Of a stretch of DNA of 64,000 nt, positions 33,907 to 45,519 are shown in pieces. Both the position numbers and the translations under genes were made by a program. This DNA is from Paramoeba atlantica. Taxonomy: Eukaryota > Protista > Discosea. Within the stretch, counting starts at the first letter, position 1. Every line of letters begins with the position of its first letter. The DNA lies in assembly GCA_977017575.1 (NCBI GenBank), contig CDRNVI010000054.1, positions 372,001-436,000 of the forward strand, given 5' to 3'. The notes under the pieces were generated by a model. It was not told where the DNA came from, searched no databases, and was given only the letters and a program-made list of their open reading frames with translations.

Positions 33907-34971
33907 ATGCTCCGAACCCGGCTCCCTTTTCTCGCCAAGAAACCTTCTCCGCCAGGTACCCCCTCCCCCCTCCCGTGGTCCACCCGGCTCCGTGACGCCA
34001 CCGCCTTCTACTGGCGCGGCACCCAGCGCCTCGGGTCCAACACCCGGTTCTCCCTCCACCTCATGCGGGCCCGTGCCGCCGGCCACCCCCTCACCTTCCC
34101 CCACCTCTGCCACCTCCGCACCACCCGCTCCGACATGCTCCGCCTGCTCCCGTTCAGTGTCTTCATCCTGGTCCCCTTCCTGGAGTTCGCCCTCCCCGCC
34201 GTGCTCTACTTCTTCCCCAACCTCCTCCCCTCCACCTATGAGGAGGAGTCCCAACAACGGGCCCGGCTCCACGCCCTGCAAACCACCCGCGCGCGGCTCT
34301 CCGAGGAGCTCACCCGGCTCTCCTCCCCTTCCATTAAGAGGGTGCTGGAGGAGTACGGCAGCAGGGACAGGGGGGGGCCTACGGGGACACAGCGTACTAC
34401 TACGAATGGTACGGCTCATGGTACAGATGAGGGTACGGGCACGACAAAGAGTACAAGCCGTACTACGGCGTGTACCCCACCAAGTACCCCACAAAACCGT
34501 ACACCTTCCCCTTCTCCCCTTTCTTCTCCAAAGAATAGGAAGAGCAACCCTACCGGTACGTTCTCGTTCCCTCCACCGACGGAACTCACCACCCCCTTAC
34601 TCGACACCTTAACCCACGCCCAGCTCTACGCCCTGGCGCGGTACCTCCAGCTCCGGGTCGCGGTGCTCCTGGGGCCACGGCTGACCCCCACCGCGGGGCT
34701 CCGGGTCGCGATCCGCCGGCACCTTCGCAGGCTCCACGAGGAGGACAGGGCGCTGTCGCTGTTCGGGGTCGCGAACGTGAGCCGCGGGGAGCTGACCGAG
34801 GCGTGTGGGGCGCGGGGGCTCGGGGGAGGGGGAGCGGGGGACCGGGAGGGACTGGAGAGGTGGGTGGAGCACAGTGTGGGGGGAGGGGCGGGTTGGAGGG
34901 GACCACGGAGGTGTTGCTGCGGACGGTGGTGGGGGGGTAGGGGAGGGGAGGGGAGGGGAGAGGGGGGGTAA
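33907..34971 (+). CDS. LETM1: LETM1/Mdm38-like mitochondrial inner membrane protein; C terminus uncertain in the G-rich tract
   Basis: YWRGTQRL, RTTRSDMLRLLPFSVFILVPFLEFALP, FPNLLPSTY, LRRLHEEDRAL, ELTEACGARG. Confidence 0.88.
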   Translation: MLRTRLPFLAKKPSPPGTPSPLPWSTRLRDATAFYWRGTQRLGSNTRFSLHLMRARAAGHPLTFPHLCHLRTTRSDMLRLLPFSVFILVPFLEFALPAVLYFFPNLLPSTYEEESQQRARLHALQTTRARLSEELTRLSSPSIKRVLEEYGSRDRGGPTGTQRTTTNGTAHGTDEGTGTTKSTSRTTACTPPSTPQNRTPSPSPLSSPKNRKSNPTGTFSFPPPTELTTPLLDTLTHAQLYALARYLQLRVAVLLGPRLTPTAGLRVAIRRHLRRLHEEDRALSLFGVANVSRGELTEACGARGLGGGGAGDREGLERWVEHSVGGGAGWRGPRRCCCGRWWGGRGGEGRGEGG

Positions 34972-35690
34972 GGGGAGGGGAGGGGAGGGGAGGGAGGGGA
35001 GGGGAGGGGAGGGGAGGGGAGGGGAGGGGAGGGGAGGGGAGGGGAGGGGAAGGGAGGGAGGGGAGGGAAAGGGGGGGGGAGGGGGGGAGCTGGGAGGGGA
35101 GGGGAGGGGAGGGGTAATGGAAGGGGGGAGTGTGGGGTGAAAAGGGGGAGAGGGTAATGGAAGGGGGGGTGTGGGGGTGAAAAGGGGGAGAGGGTAACGG
35201 AAGGGGGGGGTGTGGGGGTGAAAGGGGTAGAGTGGGGCGAAGTGGAGGAAGGGGAGTAGGGAGGGGAGGGGAGGGGAGGGGTAATGGAAGGGGGGAGTGT
35301 GGGGTGAAAAGGGGGAGAGGGTAATGGAAGGGGGGGTGTGGGGGTGAAAAGGGGGAGAGGGTAACGGAAGGGGGGGGTGTGGGGGTGAAAGGGGTAGAGT
35401 GGGGCGAAGTGGAGGAAGGGGGAGGAGGGAGGGGAGGGGAGGGGGAGGGGTAATGGAAGGGGGGAGTGTGGGGTGAAAAGGGGGAGAGGGTAATGGAAAG
35501 GGGGATTAAGGGGTGAAAAGGGGGAGAGGGTAATGGAAAGGGGGGGTGTGGGGGTGAAAGGGGTAGAGTGGGGCGTAGTGGAGGAAGGGGAGGAGGGAGG
35601 GGTAGGGGGTTGGAGAGGGTGAAGGGTAGAGAGAGTGGGGGAAAAGGTGGTGTAGGTTGAGTTTGAGGAGGGTAAGGATGGTGGAGTTAG
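34925..35690 (+). repeat. About 770-bp G-rich, nearly C-free tract: (GGGGA)n, then 38-40 bp minisatellite units with higher-order repetition
   Basis: Unit GGGTAA(T/C)GGAAGGGGGG(G/A)GTGTGGGG(G)TGAAAAGGGGGAGA repeated about 10 times. Confidence 0.95.
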
Positions 35691-36018
35691 GTAACACAGG
35701 CATTTTCTGTGTGTGGTATTAGGTTAGAGAAGTCAGGTGACGGTAAGTTACCTGGTAGGTAATATGAAGTTTTGGAATATCTGAGTGTCAGAGAATGTTG
35801 ATTGGCATTCGATGTCGTGTGCTATGCTTCCTGATTAAGTGTGCGTTTTATAAAGGAGATGCAACTGTAATTATGAAATGTGTGATATTAATTCTCAGGA
35901 TGTAAAATTGATGTCCTGCACTTCTGAATGTTTGCATCTAGCAAAGTTCGTGCAAGTTCCTCCCTGTTTTTTAGGAAACATTACATATTTGTAATTATCT
36001 CTCTACTTCACTAATTCC

Positions 36019-36795
36019 ATGACTCGCTTAAGCTTTGAGTTGCTCCACAGCCGCCCACATTTTGTTAACCCGATTAAACAACGAGAGCTGGACCTACGGG
36101 ATTGTGATCTGTCCCGAATGGAAAACCTTGAATGGGCTCGTCATGTGGACACGATTGACCTAACAGGAAATGGCATACGAAAATTTGACAATCTCCCGAG
36201 TACTCCAGGCGTATTGGTTAGAGTCAAAACGCTGATTTTGCATCGTAATCCGATTGAAATGTTTTCACGCCATCTCGCGGATGTGTTTCCATTTCTACAA
36301 ACCATCATGATCCACGGGGGCTCGATTCGCGAAGTAAAAGATTTACACCCTTTAGTAAAATGTACAGGGCTAAAACATCTTTCACTGATCGGGAACCCAG
36401 TATGTAGTGCGGGGGTCGATTACAGGAAAGAAGTGATTGAGCTTCTTCCTCAATTACGGGTGTTGAACTTTCAGCGCATTCGGGAAAAGGAACGGCCCAC
36501 AGTAAAGCCGACGTCAACGGGTGAAGATTGGGAAGGGGCAAAGTTGGAGAGCACTGTGGAGAGTGGTGCATTGGTAGGTGATCAACAGGGTGAAATCTGT
36601 GAGACCACGGAGATTGTGACAAAACCGGGGAAACGCAAAGGCAGGGAGGTGAAAAAGAGGCCGGTAAAAAAGAGGGCTACAGAAAAAATTCCTGACAGAG
36701 ACGTACTGCTTCGTCAACTGCAGCAGGCGAACCAAAAAGAAGAGGTAGATCGTATTCAAGACTTGCTGGAGACTCATTATCCAATAGAAGAGTAG
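36019..36795 (+). CDS. SNRPA1: U2 snRNP protein A'
   Basis: RLSFELL...FVNPIKQRELDLR...MENL...DTIDLTGNGIRK, L.GNPV...YR..VI..LPQLRVLNFQRIREKER. Confidence 0.92.
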   Translation: MTRLSFELLHSRPHFVNPIKQRELDLRDCDLSRMENLEWARHVDTIDLTGNGIRKFDNLPSTPGVLVRVKTLILHRNPIEMFSRHLADVFPFLQTIMIHGGSIREVKDLHPLVKCTGLKHLSLIGNPVCSAGVDYRKEVIELLPQLRVLNFQRIREKERPTVKPTSTGEDWEGAKLESTVESGALVGDQQGEICETTEIVTKPGKRKGREVKKRPVKKRATEKIPDRDVLLRQLQQANQKEEVDRIQDLLETHYPIEE

Positions 36796-38554
36796 TACGT
36801 TTGACAACTATGAACATATTTTTCTTTCTTTTTGTAGATTTTCCGTATAGGTTACCTATACGGAAATACGAATATACCGATACGAATATCGGTTTGTAGA
36901 AAGTACTTTTACTGTATCGTGCTGTTTCACACTACTCTGATTTTTAATCGTTTTTGTTCATCTTCCTACTGATTCCTTTGATGTGCGCCTATATGCATCG
37001 AAAGTCATGAGAGCGTTTCGCTCTCGTTCGCAGGTCTAAAAACCAATGCACATTCGAAAAACTGGTACTTCTCCGCGGTGTACCCACCCCACTCCCGAGG
37101 GGTGAAGTCGTTTCGCCTGTTTCATGGCCGGAGGAGCCGTCCATATATTGCATTTATGCACACAGCATAGTTCGGCGGCGCATCAGTGACGACATCGTTC
37201 TACTTGTACGCTGTTCTGTGGATGATGTGCTGGATTTCTAGGAGTCGCGTCAGGCATTGGCGAAGAACTAGTGCTATCTTTGCTGTCAGCATTGTCGTAT
37301 CCATGATTGGCGCAGCATGTTGGCCCCCGTTTGTTGGTCCGTTTTAGCTAGCACTAAGAATACGGTAAAAGTTTATAACATTGCGCACGGCCCAACCAGC
37401 CAAAATATCAGCCTTTCGTAGGGAGTCAGTGACTCCGAGTCACTATCGTTGTCGTTGAGCCAATTAGACCAGAGGGTGAGTGATTGAACCCTAACAGCAA
37501 TCATCCCTTTCGAGTATTCAAAAGAACCATTTTACCCTCTACATGGGACAACAGTTGATAAGTCCTTAGTACATTTTGGCACAGCTTGTCAACAGTGTGA
37601 ACTGCAAGGAAGCACTTAGGACCGCAAAAGCGCTTCCATTCATCCTCATGAATGACAGAACGTTCAATGGTGCTATCGAGTTCACAAGCAACCTCTTTCC
37701 TCTCACGCGCGGATATCCGATCGTTAGTAGCCTCGTCCTGCTCCTGTCGGACCTTTCTTGAGCTGCTTATGGGGGGATTTTCTTCTGAGAATAAACCAGA
37801 AGGTGTTCTTCGACCACCGGTGACTTGTGAACACGGTGTGGCGCGAGGGACAACAGACGGACGACGAAAAGTGTAATAAATAATCTGTGTTAGGAGCTCC
37901 ACCGTTGTCTTGTCTTTTCAAAGTTGGCGCCACCTCACTGGGTGTCGGCATGAGTTCTTGGAAATGTGAAGCTCTGTCTTTTAAACAAAATCTAGAAGTA
38001 GGTTTCAGATTTCATATATCAATGGGAGGTCCCCGCTTTACATCGTGTGCCTTCATTCCTTCTGCGTTATACACTACTTAGACACATAGCTGTATAAGGC
38101 CTACAACTTAGGTCTACTACTGAGGGCCAACTATTTAGTCAAATAAGGCTGTTCGGTACTGGCGAGTCGGCATAAATGAACAATTTTTATATACAACGAC
38201 ATTATGCACAAGACTTTGACGATCTTATTAAAAGAGCATTTGCAAGGGCTAACTGGCATTTTACTGGTCCTTAAACGTAAACTAAAATCTGAACAAATGA
38301 CAAAAATCAGACTTTTACCAGAGTTTTCCAATATCAAATTCAGTACACGTAATGTTTTCTCAAGATACCGCATCATCTTCAAAGGAGACAATGAAGCCAC
38401 ACAGTGACAGAATACATGGTACTGAAGAATAAATAACTCCAATGTTAGTAGAAATGGCCTCGATTTAAACAGCGTCGCCAAAATCCTGCAAGTATTAAAC
38501 ACCATTAGGATAATCGAAATAGATTTCGTCAATTTTTATAATCATGCATATTCG

Positions 38555-39178
38555 TTGTTTGCTTTCTCCACTCCCATTTGCAGATATTACGGAGCCCTTG
38601 GCGAAGCGAAGGATATCGCGAATAATAATCTCACGGGAGCACTGCCATGTGACATCCTTCCGCCATGGCTTTTTTCTCTTTGGTTGTATAAAAATCAGTT
38701 GAGCGGGGCGCTGGATTTATCACATCTACCTGATACCACAAACGAACTTTGGTTGTCAGATAATAAGTTTGAGGGGAGCATCGATTTAACAAATCTTCCC
38801 GATTTACGCGCATTGCGAATTCAACGGAACAACTTATCGGGAGAAGTTTGTCTTAGTTGCTTACCAAACTCATTGAGAAATCTCAATTTAAGTGAAAACA
38901 AGTTTACTGGGCCACTTGATCTTCAAAATTTACCACCAAACTTGATAGAGCTTGACTGTCATCAGAATTGTTTTGAAGGGCCAGTTTTGTTCGACCGTCT
39001 TCCCGGAACCTTGCACATATTATATCTTTCGGAATGTAAAGGACTTTATGGACAAATACCTAAATATAATACGTTTTTTATAAAGCACACGTGGCATGGA
39101 ACAATGATTGAAATAAACGAGGCGGACGAAGAAATACACAGTAAAAATAATACGATCATGGACAAATACCTAAAATAA
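38555..39178 (+). CDS. LRR protein lacking a recognisable N cap; start uncertain
   Basis: About 6 LRR units (GALDLSHLPDTTNELWLSDNKFEGSIDLTNLP...). Confidence 0.75.
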   Translation: MFAFSTPICRYYGALGEAKDIANNNLTGALPCDILPPWLFSLWLYKNQLSGALDLSHLPDTTNELWLSDNKFEGSIDLTNLPDLRALRIQRNNLSGEVCLSCLPNSLRNLNLSENKFTGPLDLQNLPPNLIELDCHQNCFEGPVLFDRLPGTLHILYLSECKGLYGQIPKYNTFFIKHTWHGTMIEINEADEEIHSKNNTIMDKYLK

Positions 39179-39270
39179 ATACTTTTCTTATTATGCATAC
39201 GTGACATGTAACAATGATTGAAATAAAGGAAGGCGAAGAAGAAAAATACAGATAATATAGTATGATCATG
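39049..39270. repeat. Two imperfect tandem copies of about 110 bp overlapping the LRR 3' end
   Basis: GGACAAATACCTAAA ... AACAATGATTGAAATAAA ... GATCATG occurs twice. Confidence 0.8.
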
Positions 39271-39466
39271 AACGCATCTGTTCTGCGAGGTAAACAATTT
39301 GTTAACGTTTTAAGAACGTACTCAAGTATTCCTATTTTTGCTCAAAAGCAAATTTTGAACAAAGCACTCTAAGAAACCCAGATGTTATCAGTAGTAGTGT
39401 TACTACTAATAATATTTCTTCATCCACTTATACAGTGTGTATTAGTGAAGCCATTTTCACTAAATA

Positions 39467-39552
39467 CAGGGCGGGTCATCTAATGCTGGGGGGTCTAAAA
39501 CTTGTAAAATTTGGCCAATTTTGTAAAATAATAGCGCATTCGAGAGCTCTCA
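39467..39552 (+). mobile_element. Solo Tc1-family TIR
   Basis: TA-CAGGG...GGGGGTCTAAAA...ATAATAGCGCATTCGAGAGCTCTC with no transposase after it. Confidence 0.75.
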
Positions 39553-39705
39553 CATAGCCCCACTGTGGAATATACAAGGGGGGGGCACGAAAACTGACAA
39601 GGTCCGCATTTTAGCGTCCTGAGGCCGTTTGAACTAATTTTTTTTGCTAACGAGAGATCTCGCTCTGAACATCGTGTCTACGCTTTTTGGAGCCCGTTTC
39701 TGCTA

Positions 39706-40747
39706 CAGTAAACGTCACTATTCTGAGAGTCGCTAAAAATGAGAATTGGGCTGTCAACGTACAACTGACTAAAATGAGAATGCACCTTAGAAAATGAGAA
39801 TGGAGCTTCGGTCATGTGTCAACGTTCAATTCAATTTTACACTCAAAAATGAGAATTGAAAAAAAAAACGCTTTCGTTCTCTCACTGATTAACTCACTGC
39901 TTCATCTTCACTAACTGGAGAGGATGCGAGAGATCGGTGGAAATCACTGGGGATACCGTATACTCCCCCACTAATGGACCCCCCAGTAGCAGAGATTTCG
40001 CTATTTTTGGGCCGACACACAGTAACAAGGATTTGTCTCGGGAGGGTGGTTGGAGGGGGGGGGTGTCTGGACGGGATGAGGGTGGTTGTGCAGTAGCGAA
40101 TCGCGTGGTTTCTGGGTTGGCTGTACAGAAAATCAACGCACTCATGAAAGAAAAAGGCCTTTACCCACCGAAAAAGCATACCCCACCCAGTAACAAGGAT
40201 TTGGCCTTTATGGTCCAAAATCGATTCTATTACCGGGGGGGGGTATAGGTAGGTGGAGATAGATGGGGGTCACAGAGGATCACTGGAGATCATTTTTATC
40301 GTTGTCCCTTCTCTTCTTCCATTCATGAAAGGCACACAAATGTCTTAGTGAGACCAAAAAAAGAAAAGAAAACACTGATTTAGGTGACTACGAGTAATGA
40401 AACTTTGTTTTTCTGAAAACAAAACGCTAATACACAAAAGGAAAACTTGCGCTGTTTGACTGCGCGGCGTTCTTCTGATAGAGCGGCGACTCCGCAAACC
40501 AAGGAGATAGTGGGAGATCTCTGGGGATCATTTTTGTGCATCCAAAGCGGCCTGTTGCTCCGCTGCTAACATTTTTCTTGCAAAACGTTTTCTTTTTTAA
40601 AAATGAGAATTATGACTTGACCTCATAAAAAAGTGCCTGTCAACGTTCAACAGACCAATTCTGAGAATAGTGACGAAAAACGACAAAAAAGCCGTTTTTT
40701 GTGTGTCAACGTACAACTGAACATTCTGAGAATAGTGACGTTTACTG
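39706..40747. mobile_element. MITE family A, copy 2 (inverted relative to copy 1)
   Basis: Same 23-bp TIRs; TA at 39704-39705 and 40748-40749. Confidence 0.9.
39956..40249. mobile_element. MITE family B nested in MITE-A copy 2
   Basis: TA-CCGTATACTCCCC ... GGGGGTATAGG-TA. Confidence 0.85.
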
Positions 40748-41554
40748 TATTCGAAAAAACATTATTCACAAAATACTGAAATTTGAGGCAAAATATATTG
40801 CAAATTATTAGTGTATAATGTAATACATTTATTTTACTATATTATAGTTTCTGCGAACCCTGTTATAGTTTATAATTATTAATCAGATTCGATAAGTGAT
40901 TTTTTCTTATTATGGACTTCAAATTCTTGATTTTCGAGACACTTCGTTCAACTTGGAAACAATTTTTAGTGCAAAGTATGTCGTACAGGTGTCTTTCTAG
41001 ATAAAAAATGAAGAATTTGAGGTTTATAATTATAGAAGTGAGACTCAGAATTGTAATCTCATTAAATTTCTATGAACGAACCCTTTAGTGAGTTTCGGAG
41101 GTTTATAATTATTAATGAGAGGGGGAGTAATGTAACAATAATTTGTAAAACAAAAATTAGTAAATTTTTCATTAGTAAAGTATTTTGAAAAATTTAGAGT
41201 CTGCCATACTGTCCTGGACGTGGTGGTGCATGAGCTCGACCATACTCAATGCTTCGATGGAGCATGCTTCCCAACGTGTCGGCAAGGTCTCGTGTCGTGT
41301 GGCCTTTCCTTCTCGGGGGAGGGGAGTGGTGCACTGAAAAAGACAAGAAATTTCTTTTCTGGGAAAAAATTGGTGTATTGGTATTGACAATCCGCTGAGT
41401 GGCCCTTGGGTTGCAAATCATGAGATCACATTGTAGACTTTATCATGAATACGAAAATGTCAAACAAGACTGTCAAAATTCATTAGTATTTGGTTCGGTT
41501 AGCTAACAATGCTTTTGAGTTATTTTGACCAGAATTTTGATTCCGAGCTTCTAC

Positions 41555-41640
41555 GTGATGAATTTTGTATAATAGGTTGACATTGCAAAAAGCGAAGCAT
41601 ACTTTTTGCTTTTGCTATTGATGCACGAAATACATGCTGA
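41555..41640 (+). ncRNA. Candidate box C/D snoRNA, copy 1
   Basis: GTGATGA ... TTGA ... TTGATGC ... CTGA over 86 nt with an internal 8-bp stem; second copy at 48310-48395. Confidence 0.3.
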
Positions 41641-41978
41641 TTAGCGCTCTATACTACCCGAGTAACTTTTTTGTCTCTACTTCGTTGAATATTCAACGAA
41701 CGGGTTTTTAATTTTTACAGAACCTATTTTCTTACCGAACAAGAATTCCCTGAAATTTTCGAATCTCTAGCTTTCTCGTCTGGGGGCAAAGCCCGACTGT
41801 GAGCCCCTGTTTGCAAGCAAGGCCCACCTGTGAGCACTGAGAAGCGCTGGAGCGCGCGGGTCGCGCACTGAGAACCTGTGTCTACCCCATGTGCGTAGTC
41901 GACGCGTTAGAAAAAGCTAGGACAAAACGTTTTATGGCCTTCGGGGGACCTCGACTGCTGGATTTATTTTCCTGAATA

Positions 41979-43398
41979 CAGGGGTGTAAATTTAGATGTG
42001 GGGGGGTCCAAAATTCGTAAAATTTGGCTATTTTTGGAAAATAATAGCGCATTCGAGAGCTCTCGAACAGGGCTCATGAACGTGCATATACCGTATCCGT
42101 GTTAATTAGATTTTCGGATGCACATAAAAAAACTTAGTTTTTTGGAAGACGAAATCCTGCAATTTTCACAATTTTTCTGATTTTTGCCCTTATTCATGCC
42201 ACAACGACGGGATTGTGGACGATCTCCGGAACATAAGCACTCCGAAAGGGCTTATTCCTCGCCTGGGCACATAAAAGCAAGCTGGCGCATGCTTCTTGAT
42301 GCCGATTACGAAGCAACAGTCTTTTTCCCTAACCGCGCGCAATTTTCAAATTCATGATGCTACTGTGAAGCGCTGGGTGGAGCGCTATCGTGATACTGGA
42401 GAAGTAGACTCCAAGAACCAGAAACACGCCCCAACGAACATCGCTGTGACACCTGAACTACGTGAGGCTGCTTTGAAAGCGATAGACGAGGGTGTTCGAG
42501 ATCAACCCTATGGCATCAGGAGCTGGAGTGAGCTCCATCGGTTAATGGAAAATCTTGGGTTCACTTGCTCTCGTCAAACTTTGACGACCCACATGAAATC
42601 ACATGGCATCGTCTTGCGCACAGTCCGGAAATCCTCTGCACTTACCTCAGTGCATAAAGAGAAACGAGTACGTTTCTGTGAAGAAATGCTAATGTGGAGT
42701 GACGCGGAACTGTCCAATATCATTTGGATGGATGAAAAAAAAATTACCTGTGGGAAGAGTGGGGGGCACATCACGTACCTCTGCCGCAAAACTGACGCTC
42801 ACAAGGAGCAGCAAGGTGAATTGGATGCATGGCATGGGGGGATTGGTGTTATGGTTTGGATGGCAGCGAGCCTTAAGCATGGGTTTCACCTTCACGTTTT
42901 TCCTTCTGTTCGTTCTCAAGGAAACCGAGGTACAGTGACGGGGGCTATTTTTGATGAAGCCATGAAGAAGCGTGGAGGGTTAATTTCTTACCTTAAGCGG
43001 CACTGTTCTAGCGTTATTGCAATGGATAACTGTACGGTGCACAATCTGGCCAGGACAAGCTTTCAAGAGACAGTAATTACTGTTCTTCCTTAAAACGACA
43101 CATTCTATAGCCTCTGAAAACGCTATGAAGAGCTTTCGTAAGCGATGCCGTATTGTGCTTGAAAAGAACGGCGGAAACTGCAATTATTAATTTTTTTTTC
43201 CATTTTTTTCCGTGCTTTAGAAAGTTGCAAATCGCATTTGGGAGCCCTTTGTCGAGGGGGCAATACCCCCTTGTGCCTATCGCGGCCATGTTGCGTTCAT
43301 GAGCCCTGTTCGAGAGCTCTCGAATGCGCTATTAATTTCCACAATTGGCCAAGTTTTACGAATTTTAGACCCCCCCCACATCCAAATTTACACCCCTG
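41979..43398 (+). mobile_element. Tc1-like element with both TIRs (about 104 bp) and TA TSD; transposase frameshifted and internally deleted
   Basis: TIRs 41979-42082 and 43294-43398; ATG 42196; WMDEKK, AMDNCTVH; the SPDLNPIE segment is missing; C-terminal FRKRCRIVLEKNGGNCNY present. Confidence 0.93.
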
Positions 43399-43399
43399 T

Positions 43400-44451
43400 A
43401 TGTAGAACAATGTATGTAGAATAATGTTGATAATAAATGTCGTTCGAATATATTCATTTGGAAACTAGTGAGATGATGTGGCTCCCTCTCATCATACCTG
43501 GAGATATCCCGCCCAATCATTCGCGCCTCGTACACTTGAGCGAAATTCAGCTGCTGTACCATAGTGTCCCACATTATGATACCTAGTACTCGCTGAATAT
43601 CTCGAACAGTAACTAACTAGTCTTTTTGGAAGGAGCTCCACTTGGTAACGTTCGTTTCCGTGTGTTTCCAAGTAAGCATATGATATTCCCACCGGAAGTC
43701 TATGCCCGATATCGTGGCCGATAGAGCAGGTTCACGCAAATCCTTCCAAACAATTTGCAACCCCATTGGAGACGGTTTTGCACACTTCTTAAGGTTTGAA
43801 TACATTTGATGTAGTAGGGAGGCTCAGCACGATGTGATAGAGATGTCATAACATAATAGTAGAACTGCCATCTTTTTAGTTGTTCTCTTACTCACTATCC
43901 ACAGGAATCCGGGAGGCATTTGTGTAGTACAGCGTACTAATTGAGCATCGTACCCCGTTGGAACACAACGTAGTAATATGACCCATGCTGTGCACTGAGC
44001 AATGTATGAGGCCCATGAAAATCCCATTGATAGTACCCTCATTTCGAATATTCTTCCGCAACATCTAATGGAAAAATATTTTCCCACTAAGTTTGGAATC
44101 CTAATTTGATGAAACCAATGTCTGAGGTCTGTGATGAGGAAGCTTCCATTCGGAAAACAAGAAAGGACATGAACAATCTCTTCCAAAGGGGGCAAATTAA
44201 CTCCTGGTGGAGGCGCGCACATCTCGTTCTTCGTTCGCATGCATGGCTTGTTTATTTTAATAGGTGTGCTTTGAAAGAAGATCATCTTTAGCTAAAGAGT
44301 GACAGTAGTGTACTGCACAGTTTCGCAATGTATCTTCACGATATTCTAAGTCGTTCTCTTGTTTCAGTACTTTATTCATTGTATACGAGGGGCATGACCT
44401 GCTTCGTACTGTCTTGGACATTCCACATTGCGCATCTTTCTTCACGTCCAC
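43400..44451 (-). pseudogene. Relic reverse transcriptase of a DIRS/TATE/VIPER-like retroelement
   Basis: PPGVNLP, DLRHWFHQI, YFSI...RVLSMGFSWASYIAQ, LCYD. Confidence 0.6.
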
Positions 44452-44574
44452 AGCTTCGCAGCTGCTAATCGCGTTCCACCATGGCGCAAGGTGTGCGTTC
44501 CATCAAACTTAACTCCGGTGGACCAATTTAGATCCTTTGCAGCCTTTTAGATCAAGTTCCCCACAGTCTTTTTT

Positions 44575-45235
44575 CTATACGATGGGAATACTATTTTCCC
44601 GTGCGGAACCCATTCTAACGCCTCTTCTAAGCACTGTGCTGCCTTTTCGTGTAGAGGCTTGTGTTGTTTGGCAAATGCTGTTCAGCATGTGGCCAATGTA
44701 AGACAAAAGTATTATAGAGGGAACTCGAGCTGCAATACCTTGCTGAAGAACAACCGTGTCAGAGACTCCAATGGGGAAAATTCTGTCATACATGTTATAC
44801 AATACTGTATATTCGCTTTAGGAGGTCCTTGCAATCGTTTCTAGCCACATGATTGACTGAATTTCCATCAGCGATCATCAATTTTAGCTTCAACAAACGT
44901 TGCGCTCCAAGATTGGCCTGTAGAGCACAGATTAGCTGCTCTGCCACAGGCTTTCCATCGAATGCTCGATGTCCCGATGAATAAATGGGAGGTAGTACGT
45001 ACACTCCAGGCCACATTGTCGGCCCCCCAGGCCACAGAGTACACCGTGAGAGCTTTTGACCTAATTCCTTCGGAATTCGACAGATCTCAAAAAAGTGGAA
45101 CGTTTCCCGTATTGTTTTCACATGTGGAGCCCCCCACATGAGTAACGAGTCAAAAAGACATGGAAAAAATGGAATTATTTTGAAATATTTCACGAAAAGT
45201 ACAATTTTTAGGTGTTTCTTGCTATAAAATGGCAT
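44575..45235 (-). pseudogene. Degraded paralogue of the hAT-like transposase at 60057-62533
   Basis: LPPIYSSGHRAFDGK...IADGNSVNHVARNDC and YIGHMLNSI align with LPPMYSRKHAAFDGK...QVDGSTVNHVARIEC and CVGHVLNNI. Confidence 0.8.
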
Positions 45236-45519
45236 CTCATCAACATACTATTTAGGAAAACCCCCGTTAAATCAACTGAGAATCTTATTCCAACACAGCC
45301 CCGAAAGAAACCCGAAAGAAAGAGCTTCGGGTGGCCATTAGAAAAGCTTTTGTGATGATTAAGCGCAGTCCCTATCAGCGTCAGGTTCTAAATTGTATGA
45401 ATTCAATTACAAAACGCATGTAAATTGTGCAGCGTGTAAAGGGGGGCCATACAGGGTACCGGTTTGTCGCTTCAAATAAGTATTTGTGGTGATTTTTTTC
45501 ATTTTTTTATCTAAAAGAA

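Noticed and set aside
35110-35580. CRISPR-like or telomeric array
   Set aside because: Units are contiguous with no unique spacers, no cas genes, and no TTAGGG arrays
37501-37902. SVIHEDEWKRF...VHTV resembling a Merlin/IS1595 transposase
   Set aside because: Only one weak motif; no TIR or TSD found
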